A stretch of 64,000 nucleotides of DNA, taken from positions 5,952,001 to 6,016,000 of the forward strand of contig OZ116709.1 of assembly GCA_964199315.1 (NCBI GenBank). The letters run 5' to 3'. This DNA is from Orbicella franksi (Eukaryota). The position numbers were made by a program, and so were the translations under genes. Under the pieces are notes generated by a model that was not told the origin of the DNA, did no database searches, and saw only the letters and a program-made list of their open reading frames with translations. Shown here piece by piece: positions 1 to 12,600 of the stretch; the first letter of the stretch is position 1, and each line of letters begins with the position of its first letter.

Positions 1-620
1 TGCATGGTGTGGTATGCAGGACTGGTCTATTCAACAGTCTAAACATGAAACAAGCCATTAAGGACAGTGCAACTCCCAGACACTTAGAACTTTCAGAAGG
101 CTAACCGACTCGTTCCCAGTGCAGTCAGGGCGTGGGAGAGGTGCTGTCCGTTGTGGTCGTTATTATTTGCATGAAAATATTAAAACTGGTCAGAAGTGCT
201 TGAGAGTTTTTCCTGAACGATCGTGCTAGTAAGATTGGTTTTATATGTGAAAAATTGGTGCAAACATTTTGCTTCATATTGCAAAGAAAGTCACAAAAGC
301 CAACATACATGTTCGTGTATTACGTAAACACGTCTTATTTACTTGGAAATCTCCACCATTTTACTTAAATTCAACTTACATTATAACCGGAGTTAAGGCA
401 GATGGATCTGGCTCCTCTTATCGCTTCCTTGAGAGCTGAAAAATTCAAGAAACGGCAATGAACGAAGCAATCCGATTTGGGAACTTTTACAAACGAAATC
501 GATAATACTGAATCGTAGCAGTCTGTCTTTTAAACTGTAACTTGCACGATTAACGCATAAAAACACAAAATACACCTCACCTTTCTGACATCTAAGTCCT
601 CTTAATGATACTGAAAACAT
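1..620 (-). CDS. Probable 5' coding exons of a nuclear gene for a mitochondrially targeted protein (partial, runs off the left edge)
   Basis: ATG at 620. Exons 620-581, 435-380, 143-106 and 38-<1 have GT-AG ends and matching phases (1, 0, 2). They give MFSVSLRGLRCQKALKEAIRGARSICLNSGYNHLSHALTALGTSRLLNRPVLHTTPC, which is Arg/Ser/Leu-rich and almost free of acidic residues, like a presequence. The acceptor of exon 3 is weak. Confidence 0.5.
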
Positions 621-1716
621 ATTTACGAGTCCAAGAGGTCGGAGTGGCTTTTATGTTGATAAAATATCACTTCTTTTCGTTCGAAGCTAACTTTTCGGCA
701 TGTCACGTTGTGGTGAATTCGAGCCCGCGAGAAATATGGCCTGCATCGAACAACTACCGATGAATACGTGGTGTAAGAAAACTACTCTCCAGTCCCTTTT
801 CTAACAAAGGGCAACCATTTGCTTTCGTCCTTCCATCACCAATTTCTGGTCCGTCTACATTTCACAAGGTTTGCAGTTTGATACCTAGTGGTAATTTGGA
901 TTAACGTGGCACACTTCATCGTCAACTGTCAGAAATTAAACTTTCAAGATCCTTTCTCCAAGGAATCGCTTTCCCCTTCCCCGTCCCCGCTTCTCACGGA
1001 CAAACCAAGAAACCACATCCATCACAACGGATGAATTCTGTACTTTTATTGAATAAATCAAACGTTATATCGAATAATTTCAGGGCAAAATATATGTACA
1101 AAGAATATGAATTAAAGCAACATGAACTCAATTAGGACAAGTAAACTCCCTTGATAGATAGAGTCATAGCAAAGTGGGCATCCATTACGGACGCCTCCAG
1201 AGAGCAGACAGAGGCTCCAATTCAAGAGCGTGTTTATTCTTACGGCGCAAGTCTTTCAAAAACCAGGGATAGCCCCTCTTTAATCTTAATCAGTGAAGTA
1301 TGACTCTAAATAATGCACCCTCCGACTAAGATATAAAGGGACTACTCGAAGTCAATAAATAAAATCAGCATAGTTCCAAGGACATGCAAGAAGGAGAATT
1401 AACCAGTCATCGGACTTTTGAACTGACACCTTCCATGATGTAGGCAAAAACAAGAACAGTAACAAGACAACAAAATACACTTTTTCTTCGTTGCCATGGT
1501 ATTAAATGTCACGTAACTATCACGGGTTGCTTTCGTGACCCATCGACCAGCGTAATACCTTAAAGATTTCAAGACATGCAAGAATTTATGAATTGTCTAT
1601 TGTCCCCGTAAAAATACTCGATCATAATACAGTCAACCGTTCATTAATCGTATTCGTTCATTCATTTGCATAAAGAAACTTGAGAGGGTGTTTATATTTT
1701 GTAGTGCTTTTTCTCT

Positions 1717-3057
1717 CTACCAAAGGGGCGCTAAAGGATGGAAGATCAACTCGGGGAACTGTCTGTGTGTAGAATCAGGAAAATAAAAGTTCACTCCTGC
1801 ACAATTCACTTGATCTTTCTTTCCAATGCACTGCGGCAAATCCAACTCGGCGGGTGAGAACATGGTGATAAAATATTTTGCACTCTTTCTGACGAGAATA
1901 GGCTCAGTGAAATACACATCAAAGCCAGGTAAACCTTCGGTTCCTCCAAACTCCACTGTATAGCTACCTTGCACGCAACTCACACAGCTGCGATTGCTGT
2001 CTAGCAGTTTCGTTATGACTGCATAGTTGTCGTTGAGCTTCTGGCCGCTCAAAATGATCCGCACTCCGCTAATACACACCGGTTGATCAGCTATGAAGCA
2101 AACGCTGTTGGTGCTTTCGTATGGAACAAATAGGCGAGGTGGTTCATTTACGGACAAGCGGCGACAGCGAAGAGGCTTGATCCCTTGCCGCGCCGGATGA
2201 CGAGCCTTATTTAGCCGAAGGGGAGAATGATCGTGATCTAACTGCGCGAGAACGAAATCAGAAGCGGAGAGCCCTTGTGTAAATTGGGAATCTTCGAATG
2301 TAAGAATCCCAGATGCCAAACTGTGATTGAGCAAATCACTGTCTTTTATAAGCGAGAAACGAATGTGAGCCATTACTCCCCCAAGAAACTTTCTGATATT
2401 CTTAGCGATCGGTTCCAGCGAGTGCGCTTTACATTGTGCTCCAGCCCAGGAAATGACTGCACGGTATAATTCGCGCTCGTCAATGTCTAAGGTCTCTCGC
2501 TTCACTAGAGCTTCCAAGATCTTTCCAGACGTGGAAAGAAAGCTTTTGGAACGAAGGCATTGCCGGGTCTGGAGATCAACGATGTTCCAACATCTCTCTT
2601 GCAGTTGGTCGGTGTCACCGAACAACTCACATTGTTTCAAAATGTCCAAAGCGTTATTGGCGTCGATTTCGTTGCTCAAGAACTCGGCACATTCGTCCAG
2701 CAAGCCAGGTATCATGTACTTTTCAGCCAAATACATTACACGGAGAACGCATTCAGCCGTTAAATGGGTTTCGTCCGAATACAAGAAGCGAAAAAGTTCC
2801 AACAGACTGTTGGAGTCTGCATCCACAAGCTCAACAGAGTCACTTTTCTCTGACAAATCTCCGTAGAACATTTTGTAGAACACAGGGCTTCCAATGGCCA
2901 GCACGTACTTGTGAGCTGGGATTGACATCTTTCTCTCCGTTTCGCTCTCTCTTACGATGAAATTTATATCGCTCATAAGCGAATTATTGTACATTCGTTT
3001 GTTGCGTTCCCTCAGACTGAGCGACAGAGTTTTGAAATCAGACGGTAAATCGTGCAT
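1717..3057 (-). CDS. BTB/POZ-BACK-PHR protein (BTBD1/2/3/6-like), single coding exon
   Basis: BTB motif SDINFIV...IPAHKYVLAIGSPVFYKMFYG...LFRFLYSD. BACK region LYRAVISWAGAQC...HIRFSLI. Degenerate PHR-like C-terminus VCFIADQPVCISGV...FTEPILV...FPELIF. The ORF-track start at 3126 is GTG. The first in-frame ATG is at 3057, and an upstream exon cannot be excluded. Confidence 0.85.
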   Translation of the reverse strand: MHDLPSDFKTLSLSLRERNKRMYNNSLMSDINFIVRESETERKMSIPAHKYVLAIGSPVFYKMFYGDLSEKSDSVELVDADSNSLLELFRFLYSDETHLTAECVLRVMYLAEKYMIPGLLDECAEFLSNEIDANNALDILKQCELFGDTDQLQERCWNIVDLQTRQCLRSKSFLSTSGKILEALVKRETLDIDERELYRAVISWAGAQCKAHSLEPIAKNIRKFLGGVMAHIRFSLIKDSDLLNHSLASGILTFEDSQFTQGLSASDFVLAQLDHDHSPLRLNKARHPARQGIKPLRCRRLSVNEPPRLFVPYESTNSVCFIADQPVCISGVRIILSGQKLNDNYAVITKLLDSNRSCVSCVQGSYTVEFGGTEGLPGFDVYFTEPILVRKSAKYFITMFSPAELDLPQCIGKKDQVNCAGVNFYFPDSTHRQFPELIFHPLAPLW

Positions 3058-4905
3058 ATTGGACGGTAGAAAATTTCCTTTGACAGTGTCCGCTAAATGA
3101 AGAAATGCTTTACTACCGTTTTCCACGTTAATGCCAAAAGATTTCCTTCTCCAGTTCTTGAGACGGTTAACAATCTTTATAGAAACAGCTAGAACTCTCT
3201 TTTGTCTTTGTTATGGAGGTGTCCATTTCGTCACGCACGAACATGCCACCCAACATGTCATCATCCAAACACTGATTTAATTAAAGATTTCCGGTCTCAA
3301 ATACGTGGCGAAAAAAACCTTTTGATTTTAATAACCTTTCCGAGTTTCGTTTCCCTCGTTGTGTCTTTTTTTAAAGGTTGAAATCTTTAGCAAACGTGGT
3401 GTTTACTCGTAAAAAAATTTACTTGTCACGGTACAAGTGAGCCAATAAAACACTCGTAATCAATTACTGATGCTTGCGTGTTCCGCGGATTATCTGGCTC
3501 TTTATATGACCTAATCACAACAGACCTTCTAGCTTGGTCTTGAAAAAAGGCGCTTCATTTTAAAGGTATAAAAAGTTAAACGACTTCTTTACGGAAATAT
3601 GATGCAAGTGTTGGCTTTGTGAATTGAAAGCCATTTGCTTTGATATGTTTATGTAATTTGTGACGTCACATTCGCTAACAAAGAATTTTGTGTACATTTT
3701 GCAACCTGCACTGTGCAATACAATTGGAAAAGAAAAATCAACTTGACTTGGAAATTTGTCTATGATCGAGACTCGCGAAGGTTTTAGGCCGTTCGAAATT
3801 GCCTGAAAAATTATCAAATGCAACAAATCTTTAAAATTTGATGGATCATTGCTACACGCACGGAAGCCCTTTACAAGTGTGACTTCATTTGTTGAAACGA
3901 ACTGTCGATTTGGTCACGACATAAATAGAGGACTGGGTTCAATTTCCGCCGCTCCACCCCGGAACTTGCTCCTTTCTAAAACAGCAGCTCAATAAAAAGA
4001 AAACGTACTCTGTCCAGATTCTGATCCCTGAAACTTCAGCACGAAACAGAGAAAGTGTCTATAGCTAGTGACGAGACGTCAGGGGTGCGATACGATTCAA
4101 GAACGGGACGTGTACAATTCACTGGGTTCACATCGAACATAAACCTCAAAAGTGATACTTTGTTAATACAAAAGCATTCCAAAGGGTCCAGATTGTATAT
4201 GATTTGGACGGACATTGTCAGCAAAAAATGTTCTCAAGACGGTTTATATCCATAAGTTACCCTGATGGGTCTCGCTGTCTCGCATGCAGGGTATTCATAA
4301 GAAGTCCTGTTAAAATCAGTCGAGCGAAAAGCGCACCCACCTATATTGGATTAGGACACAAAACCAGAACAACGTTTCCTCGCGTGCAATTCAAAATGAA
4401 CAATTTCCTGTCAAGCGGAGTATTAAAAGTGACGTATACATCATACACACAGAGAACCCCGTCCGACTGTACACTCACGATAGGCACATTTCTATCAAGG
4501 GAGGGTGTGCGTACGTTCAGTTTGCATGTAAAACGTGCCCATCAGGAAACGAGGAGTGTTCTATCACTCAATGTTCTAGCCTCCTAATTAGGAGTCTGTA
4601 CGGCAACTAGTTTAACGTGCGCAGGAAAAGTCTTCAGTATCACCCTAGAAAGCCCTGTAAGACCCAGTGAAAAATACGTGTGCGAGTACGAGTCTGAATG
4701 GTAACTGACCGTTGTCACGCTAAATATCACGTCGTTCGTAAACTCACTCGCACGCCAGAGGGAAAAGCCAGATAGGAGCGCTTGAGCGCGAGACTCAGAC
4801 ACTAGAGCCCGCTCGCACGCTAACACGCAACATTCTTAACTGGTAAACCTTCGTCATGCAATAAATTGATTCATTAGTGAAAGAGAACCCTTATTTCTGA
4901 TTTTA

Positions 4906-5189
4906 CAGGGTTCGTACCCTTTTTCAAAAACAAATTTCCAGGACTTTTCCAGCACTTTTCCAGGACTCAGACTGATTTTTCCAGGACTCTAAAATTCACA
5001 TTAACCCTTTCACTCCCAAGATCTTAATATTAATTCTCCTTACTGTCTGCCATACATTTCATATTTTTTTACTTGAGTTTAACAGATTTCCAGAACTTTC
5101 TAGGACCAGTAGCCCTTTTCCAGGACTTTCCAGTCCTGGAAAATGCCACAATAAAATTCCAGGACTTTCCAGGACCCGTACGAACCCTG
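4906..5189. mobile_element. MITE with 12-bp TIRs CAGGGTTCGTAC and an apparent 6-bp target duplication ATTTTA
   Basis: Perfect TIRs at 4906-4917 and 5178-5189. ATTTTA flanks both sides. At least six internal TTCCAGGAC motifs. Confidence 0.8.
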
Positions 5190-5223
5190 ATTTTACCCTG
5201 CATATAGGGACTTATCCCCTGAA

Positions 5224-5455
5224 AGGAACTCAGTCATGGCATTTTGAGTTATTTTAGCTACGTACAAATTATCTTTAAATTGAAGGAAACCCGAAAATAG
5301 TAGTTCACTAAGATAGAAAAACACCAAAGAGATAACAATAAACAATAAAAGACTAGGGATGGTTAAGGATGGAGAAGATTAACATGGATTACAAACGATG
5401 AACTTGAAAAATTTAGGCTCAACTTTTCAAGGTGCACAAGCGTGACGTGGCTTCT
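5224..5455. mobile_element. TTAA-flanked MITE family (Kolobok-like), older copy
   Basis: Homologous along its length to 32061-32293. A broken copy lies near 38780-38982. Confidence 0.7.
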
Positions 5456-6619
5456 TTAAGTACAGGTACGGCATGTCCTGATTGCACAGGGTGATATGAA
5501 AATTTTGGGCAGTCTTAGAGTTTTGAGTGGAAGGCACCATTTTTGCGTGAGTCACTTTCAGACCAGAAAGTGTACGTTTTGGGCTAGAATAGCTCTTCAA
5601 GTACACCTTATTTAACAACGTCAAAAACCAAGACACATTTGGCAGTCTTAAATGACAATGCTTAAAAACAAAGCGATCAGTTCCAACTGCAACTAAATAG
5701 TTTTACAACACTGTGCAATATTAAAATACAAAACATTTCACGATAAAAAGCAATCGTAAAAATGAAAATTGATTATCAACAAAGGGAAAATAATCTAGAT
5801 CATTTTCTCTCGTTACCAACCAATCCACATGTGCACAGTTCTAATAACTTAACTCTTAACAAAATACATCTTCTAAATAGAGATGGCTAAGTGAAAAATT
5901 CCTGTAAAAGTTCTGTCTACAGAGCAATTGGAACAAACGAATGCGCGTATATACATATTTCCTATTATTTACAATTATATATAAAATCTCGTTGCATGGC
6001 AACCATAAATGTGCTATCAGTCAACTTTTACCCACACGAACGAAAATAACCACGTGACCGCGACTGTCAAAATCAACCCATCATGCTCTAATGTACATAA
6101 AACAGAAATTGTCATGAGAATTTTTCCCGCCTAAAAAACCGCAGCTATCGCCTCATATTTAACTTTACAACTGTACTCTTTGTAACGCCTTGTAGCAACC
6201 TTGTTGAAAGTAACGCGTCAAACAACGAAAACCGGAAGTGGCGTGGAATTTTTGTTCAAGACCGCTGAACGCGGTACGGTAGGGTTTTCCTAAGAGGTTC
6301 AAAAATCCAACGCCGCTCTGGTTTCCGTTACTTAGAAGTACTTGAGAGTTTGACTGTTTGAGGCAAAAATGAGCAAGACGTTCGCAACAGTGACAGTCCA
6401 AATTATAGAGCGATAAACTAGGAGGATAACAGCATTAAATTCCCCATGCATATGCAGCGCACAAAACGTCCTTCTGAGGAAATATCTCAGTTGATTTGGC
6501 TTGAAATTTAAGAGCGGTAGGTTTGGCGGGAACTGCGCGCGCAGTGCGTTAAACCGATGCGCATTTAAGACTACATATACACTTAACATACAAGCGTTTG
6601 AAACTACATCTCAGACAGT

Positions 6620-9600
6620 TTAGCATTTCGAGAAACCTAATTGATCAGAATGAGATCGTCGCCAGAGCCGTGGATTTGCATTGTTTGTGTTTTCCCTCGC
6701 CGAGTCGTCCACGAATATAGGATTGTGTACAACTGCAGCATGTTTCCTCAACACTTCCTCAACCGGTTCATACATGGGGTTATCTCGCGCAATGGCTACG
6801 GCATCGCCTGAAAGTCTTATTTCAGTTTCTGTGGACGTGTTGTCGCCATCAGATTTGGTATCACCGTCTCGTTCGGGTTCAGCGATAAACGCAGGATTTT
6901 CAAAGTTGAACTTACTTCGTTGCATCATTTCTCGAAACGGCGAGCTCACCTCAGGCTTGCTTCGTCTATTGTGGTATTCAATCCGCGCATTTTTCGATCT
7001 GTATTTTCTTCGTTTTCTTCTCCTCCACACGATAATCAGGACGATGATGATAACAACTAGCAATACGATACAGCCGATCATCGAGTAGAGTCCCGCGGGA
7101 CTAATTCCCGTACGGTTCCCGCTTCTGCTGCCATCCTCAGTCACAGCAGCGGCTTTATCGCAAGTCTTTCCAAAGTAATTCGGTGGACACACACATGAAA
7201 AGTCTTTCTCTCTTAAGGGATAGCACGTCCCCCCTTGAAGACAGGGATCGGGTTCACAGTTCCTCCAATCCAGTTCACAGTTTACTCCAGTCCGCGGATA
7301 TTTACACGGCGTGCAATTCTGCCCGCCATAGCCTGGCGCACACCCTGAGCAGTTTCCGCCCCACGGTTCCTCACACCGGCACGAGAACTTCGTAGGATCT
7401 TCGGCATACGAAATGCACGTGCCGTTGCGAGGACAGATCGTCGGGTTTTCCCGACAGATTGTATCGTCCGTGTCGCAATTAACCCCAATATACGGATCTT
7501 TACACAGGCAAATGAAACCGTTTACTTTGTCGACGCATGTGCCGCCGTTAAGACAGCTGGCCGATTTACAGTCGTCAATGTTCGCGTCACAGAGCCTACC
7601 ACTGAAGCCCGGCTTACAATTGCATTTAAAATCGTTGACGAGATCTTCGCAGTACTCTGTTCCGTTCATGTTACAAGGACTGGGTCGACATTCATTGATT
7701 TCCACATTGCAGTCGGGAGGGGACCATCCTGGTCTACAGTTACAAGAGTAATTTTTCCAGCCACCAAAACCATCTTGACATCCATCGATTGAGTTACCCG
7801 GATGGCATGGATCGGGGTCACAGTAGTTGATGTCACTACAGCGAAAGCCGTCACCAGTAAAACCGAGTTTGCACGAACACGAGGCTCGTCCCGGACCCGC
7901 TCGAGAGCAGATCGCGTATGGACTACAAAAGCTCTTATTCATAGAACATACATCTACTTCCGCTACTGTGATGGTCAAAATATTGCTCGTACTCAGTCCT
8001 CCGCGGTCAGTTGCACGTACTCTGAGGAGGTATTGATCACGTGACCACGCATTTAGCTGACTTGCCACCACAAGGTTTTGTCCGCTGACCTGGAAGTCTA
8101 CCATGATTTCGTTTTGCTCTCCTTCGACTGTAATATTGAATGAGGTATCGTACACATCTTGATCTTCCACAATAAATCTCCCGAGGATGTATCCAATAGG
8201 GGAACTTTCCAAAACGTCCACTTTCGTCTTTCCGTCGAGCGTAACACTGCTCGGCGGTTCGTTCACATCGGTGATCGCGACGTCAAACGTTTTAACGAAT
8301 TTTAAGTCTGTCAATACTTCGCGCGTTGTCAGTTGTACCGTGATGAGTGGCGTGGCTTCGTGATCGAGCGGAATTCGTGAAACGACGATAAGATTTCCGA
8401 CCAGACGAAACGGTACACCTCGTGACGTTAACTCGAAGGAGTAACCAGTCCGCGTGAAGTCTGCATCGATGATAATAAAGCTTGTAACGACTGCTCCATT
8501 ACTTGCATTTTCTGGAATTGTCAACGAAGAAAAGATGACATCCGTCGGCGCTTCAGGCACGTCTAAGACAAAAACAAGCAAAGAACTAATAGTGGACATT
8601 TTGGGAACGCCATCATCGGTGCATTTCACATACAGCGTGTAGTTCGCCCTTGTTTCGTAATCAAGCCTCTCACGAACTAATAGAGAGTTGGTTCCAGGCT
8701 GAATCATAAACTCCGTCGGCACCGAGTTCACATCGCTTGAACGTTTTCTCCGCGAGTTCGATGGCGTGTGCACGTCGACCGTGACGAGAAGTTTAGCTTT
8801 GGCCTCGCTAATGAGTTCGCACGCATGCGTCTGGGGCCGCACGGGATTGTTGGCGTTATCTTCGTCGATGACCCACAAATAAGCTACAATGGTGATTCCG
8901 ACATCAGCTGTTTCATTTACAGTCGCGACAGCCTGGGTCACAAGCTTAACGTCCGACGCGTTAACCGGGGGATTCGGACTCAAGATTGTGTCCCCTGGGG
9001 AGTCTGTGAAGATCACGTTCGATGGAGGATCATTCGCATCTAAAACTCGAATTACAAAATCTCTTTCGTAAGACAAGCCACCGCTGTCGCTACACAGAAG
9101 CGTGATGTTATGCGTGGAGTGTTTCTCGTAATCTACAGGCAATCCGTTGCCAGTTAAAAACAGCTCAATGAGCGACACGTTTATCCTGACTCCAAATCTC
9201 CCAGAGCCGTCGTTTAGAAGTCGACAGTGAAACCACTGGGAGAAAGTATCGGGATCTTGTACTGTAACGAGTCCCACGACTGTTTCGATGGGTGAGTTCT
9301 CTTTAACACTTGCTGGAGCCAGCTGAATGCCGTACGGAGGCTCATTTACGTCGAGAATGGGCAGCGACAAAGTCACAACCTTGGAGAGCCACGAGTGCAC
9401 ACCATCATCTGTAGTCGTTACAGTGATGTTTACATGACGGTGTAGTTCATAGCTGAGAGCGGTGCTGTCCGCCACATACAGCTTGTTCGTGTCTCCAAGA
9501 GAGACAACGCCGCTTGGAGTTTGAGCTTGGATAACGTAGGTGTGTGTCTGTCCGCTGTCCTCGTCCAGTGAGGTCAGTTCTCCAATCAGTGAGCCAACCT

Positions 9601-12600
9601 AAAAAGAGATACGTACCAGTAGTTCAGTTAGCTAACGGAGCGATTACGTCATCTTTTATCTATCTCTCTTACTGTAGAACAAGTAATAGAAAACAGTCCA
9701 GTTTCAAATATAAAGACTGCAGACGCATCTGCACAATACAAGTCATACTATGTCGTAACAAATTCACCCTTATTGTCACAGTCCACTCTGTGGAGTACAA
9801 ATAACTCGCGAAAAGGGTACAAATATCCCATGATATTTCAGTCTGAAAGACAGGTTTAAAAGTTTTTTATAGTTGTTGTCATTCTAATCCTTTGCTGCGC
9901 GAGAACGAAAAGTACAAGTCAGCTAAAACGTTGGTTAACCTGAAAAGTAAGTCGCTATTAGCAGATCCGAGTTACTATCTCTTTGCCTAACCCCAAAACT
10001 AAATCACCAGAGCTCGTTATTTGACCCAAAGGCAAATACTACATTGTTGCTTCACTACAATGTTGATTAACCTCAGATGAATGTCTGATCAACTGACGCC
10101 AAAACTAGATTACTGATACAGGTATAGTGTGTAGAAAGTAATCAGGCAATTATTTTGATTTTGGTTTTACTTTGGTTTGAGATTGACTGAGTAGTCTTAA
10201 TGGTAAGTAATTGGTTTGGTTTTGGTTTTACGACTCTCAATTGAAAACCGCTCTATTAGGATCTGAATGTGGTTTATCTGACAGCTAAGAAAGGACTTGG
10301 TGCTAGTGCTGAGCTAACACACTTCGTTACGTTATCAATAACACTAGACCTACCCGCTCACCTTAGTATTTTCAGGAATAGCTGTCCCTTGTGGTAACAC
10401 TATTCCTGTCGGCGCGTCATTGACATTGAGTACACTGACCACCACCCTTTGCGTCAACATTTGGTTACCGCTATCAGTCGTGGTAATGTTTATAAGGTAA
10501 ACGTTTTGCTCTTCGTAATTCAACCTCACAAGAGCTTCCAATCGGTTGCCTACAATGTTAAACACCGTGTCCGGTGATACGCTGTAGGAATGGTTTTGCC
10601 ACTTGTCCTGATCAGCAGTGCGCAGGATAGCAACCAGCGATCCTGGACTCAAATTCTCGGCGATCTAAAGAACAAGACAAAATAATCAAGAATTCAGTTC
10701 TCCTTACAGTGACAACATCTTGTTACAAGAATAAAGGGAGAAAACGTTTGCGTCAGACCAGTGGCCCACCCAGGCGAAGCTTTCTACTCCTCCCTAGATG
10801 GGATGTTAGTTCATCGCAGGATTACGTCCCACCCCAACTGAAGTATTAAATTCGCCGGTATCCATTTATACACCTGGATGGAGAGGGGCACTATGAGAAG
10901 ACCCCGGCTAGGGCTCGAAGCAGGAACGCTCGGTCCGGAAAACAGCGCGCCTCCAAGACTAAAGAAAATCATCAGTTAAAGGACATTTTGTATTGACTTA
11001 CCACTAAATTCTTAGAACTAAGATTTTAATAAAAGTATGTTGATCAGTAATAAGAATTACTATTTTGATTATGGAAATTTGTGTTAATGATAACAGTAAA
11101 ACCTAGTGGCCTCTAATTACTAATCCGCGGCGAGATGACACTGCAACATGAAGCCGGACGTCGAAGCTAGATAACGAAATTTAAAATTTTAAAAGGGAAT
11201 TTCTGAGTAGACGTTTAACCCTTAGATTTCTTTAAACTAAAAGTGTGCCTGGCTGACAATAAATGAGCAGCCGTATAAAGACCGTACGAGACCACGAAAC
11301 TTTTATAATCGTTGGACAGCAAATGCCAAACATTGAGACAACCTGGTAACAAAAATCAAGCAATCTTCGCTATCACCCATCCCAGTAGACCACGATATCT
11401 GTCGTTTGTTACCAATTACGATTGTTAGAGTACAATTTTATACCAAAAACAGAGGCGAGGAAATGAAGCACCATGAAGTACCTCGAATTTTCCCGACGAT
11501 GACTCTATCCTGATCGGCGGCTCATCAACGTCTGTCAACTTTACAACAAACTGCTGTTGAGTTGCTTCGCCATCCTGATCCTGACATTCAATGTCTACCA
11601 AATGATCTGGACCATCCGGGTCTTCAAAGTTTAACATCCGGGAAGCCAACACTGTCAGTGCCAAACCGCTGACCTTGAACCTGCCGCCAGCGTCGTTACG
11701 CAATCCACAAGTGATGCTTTGCGGGACGAACGCTTCATCCGGGTCAGTGACATTTATGATCCCCACCACAGTCCCAGTGGGTGAATTTTCTGCTATCACG
11801 TGGTTACTGAGTACAATCGAAGTGGGGGCCTCGTTTACATTTGTGACGTAAATGGTGAAGCTCTGATTGACAGTGAGGGAGTGGTTAGCATCCTTGATCT
11901 GTACTGTGATGTGGTGAACCTGAGCTATTTCGTAGTCTAGCGGCCGTCGAGTCATCAACTTCCATGTGTAAGAGATGCTCGTTGGACGAAGCTGAAGAAA
12001 ACAGACAGCTTCAGTATTGACACGCTACCGTAATAACAGCTACAATGTCGGTGACTTTAAAAAAGAAAAATTAGGACTATCCCCTCCTCTAGTTCAAAGA
12101 TGGAAAAAAATAGCGCGTTTTGATTTAAAAGCGAATCCTCTCTTGATTTTGAGCCGCGAGAGGGGAATGTCATTTCTGTTTTCATTCCGGACAAGACCGT
12201 AGATCTATCACTGACCAATTCCTACTGAATAACATTCTCAAAAATATTGCCAACTTCTGCGATGCCGTTGCTTCTGTTTTGCAACAAGACCGGGTGCAAA
12301 ACCTGCAAAAATCTGAACAGCCTTCAAATGAATAGCCTTCACATGTCAAATCGGGCCTACTTTTGAACTAATTCAGTATTTACATTTACCTCAAAAACTG
12401 ACCCAGGGTCACTTAGGATCTCAATAGAGAGGGGGCTTAGCTGAGGGTCTTTGAGAGTGATCACACCAACCAGTGTACCAGCCAGGTTCTCGGCCACGTG
12501 GTTATGATGAAGTACCAAATGTTCCGGTGGTTCATACACGTCAATCACCTACAAAGATAAAATTGAAGGGTTTACTCACTGGAAAGCGATTTTGAGGATT

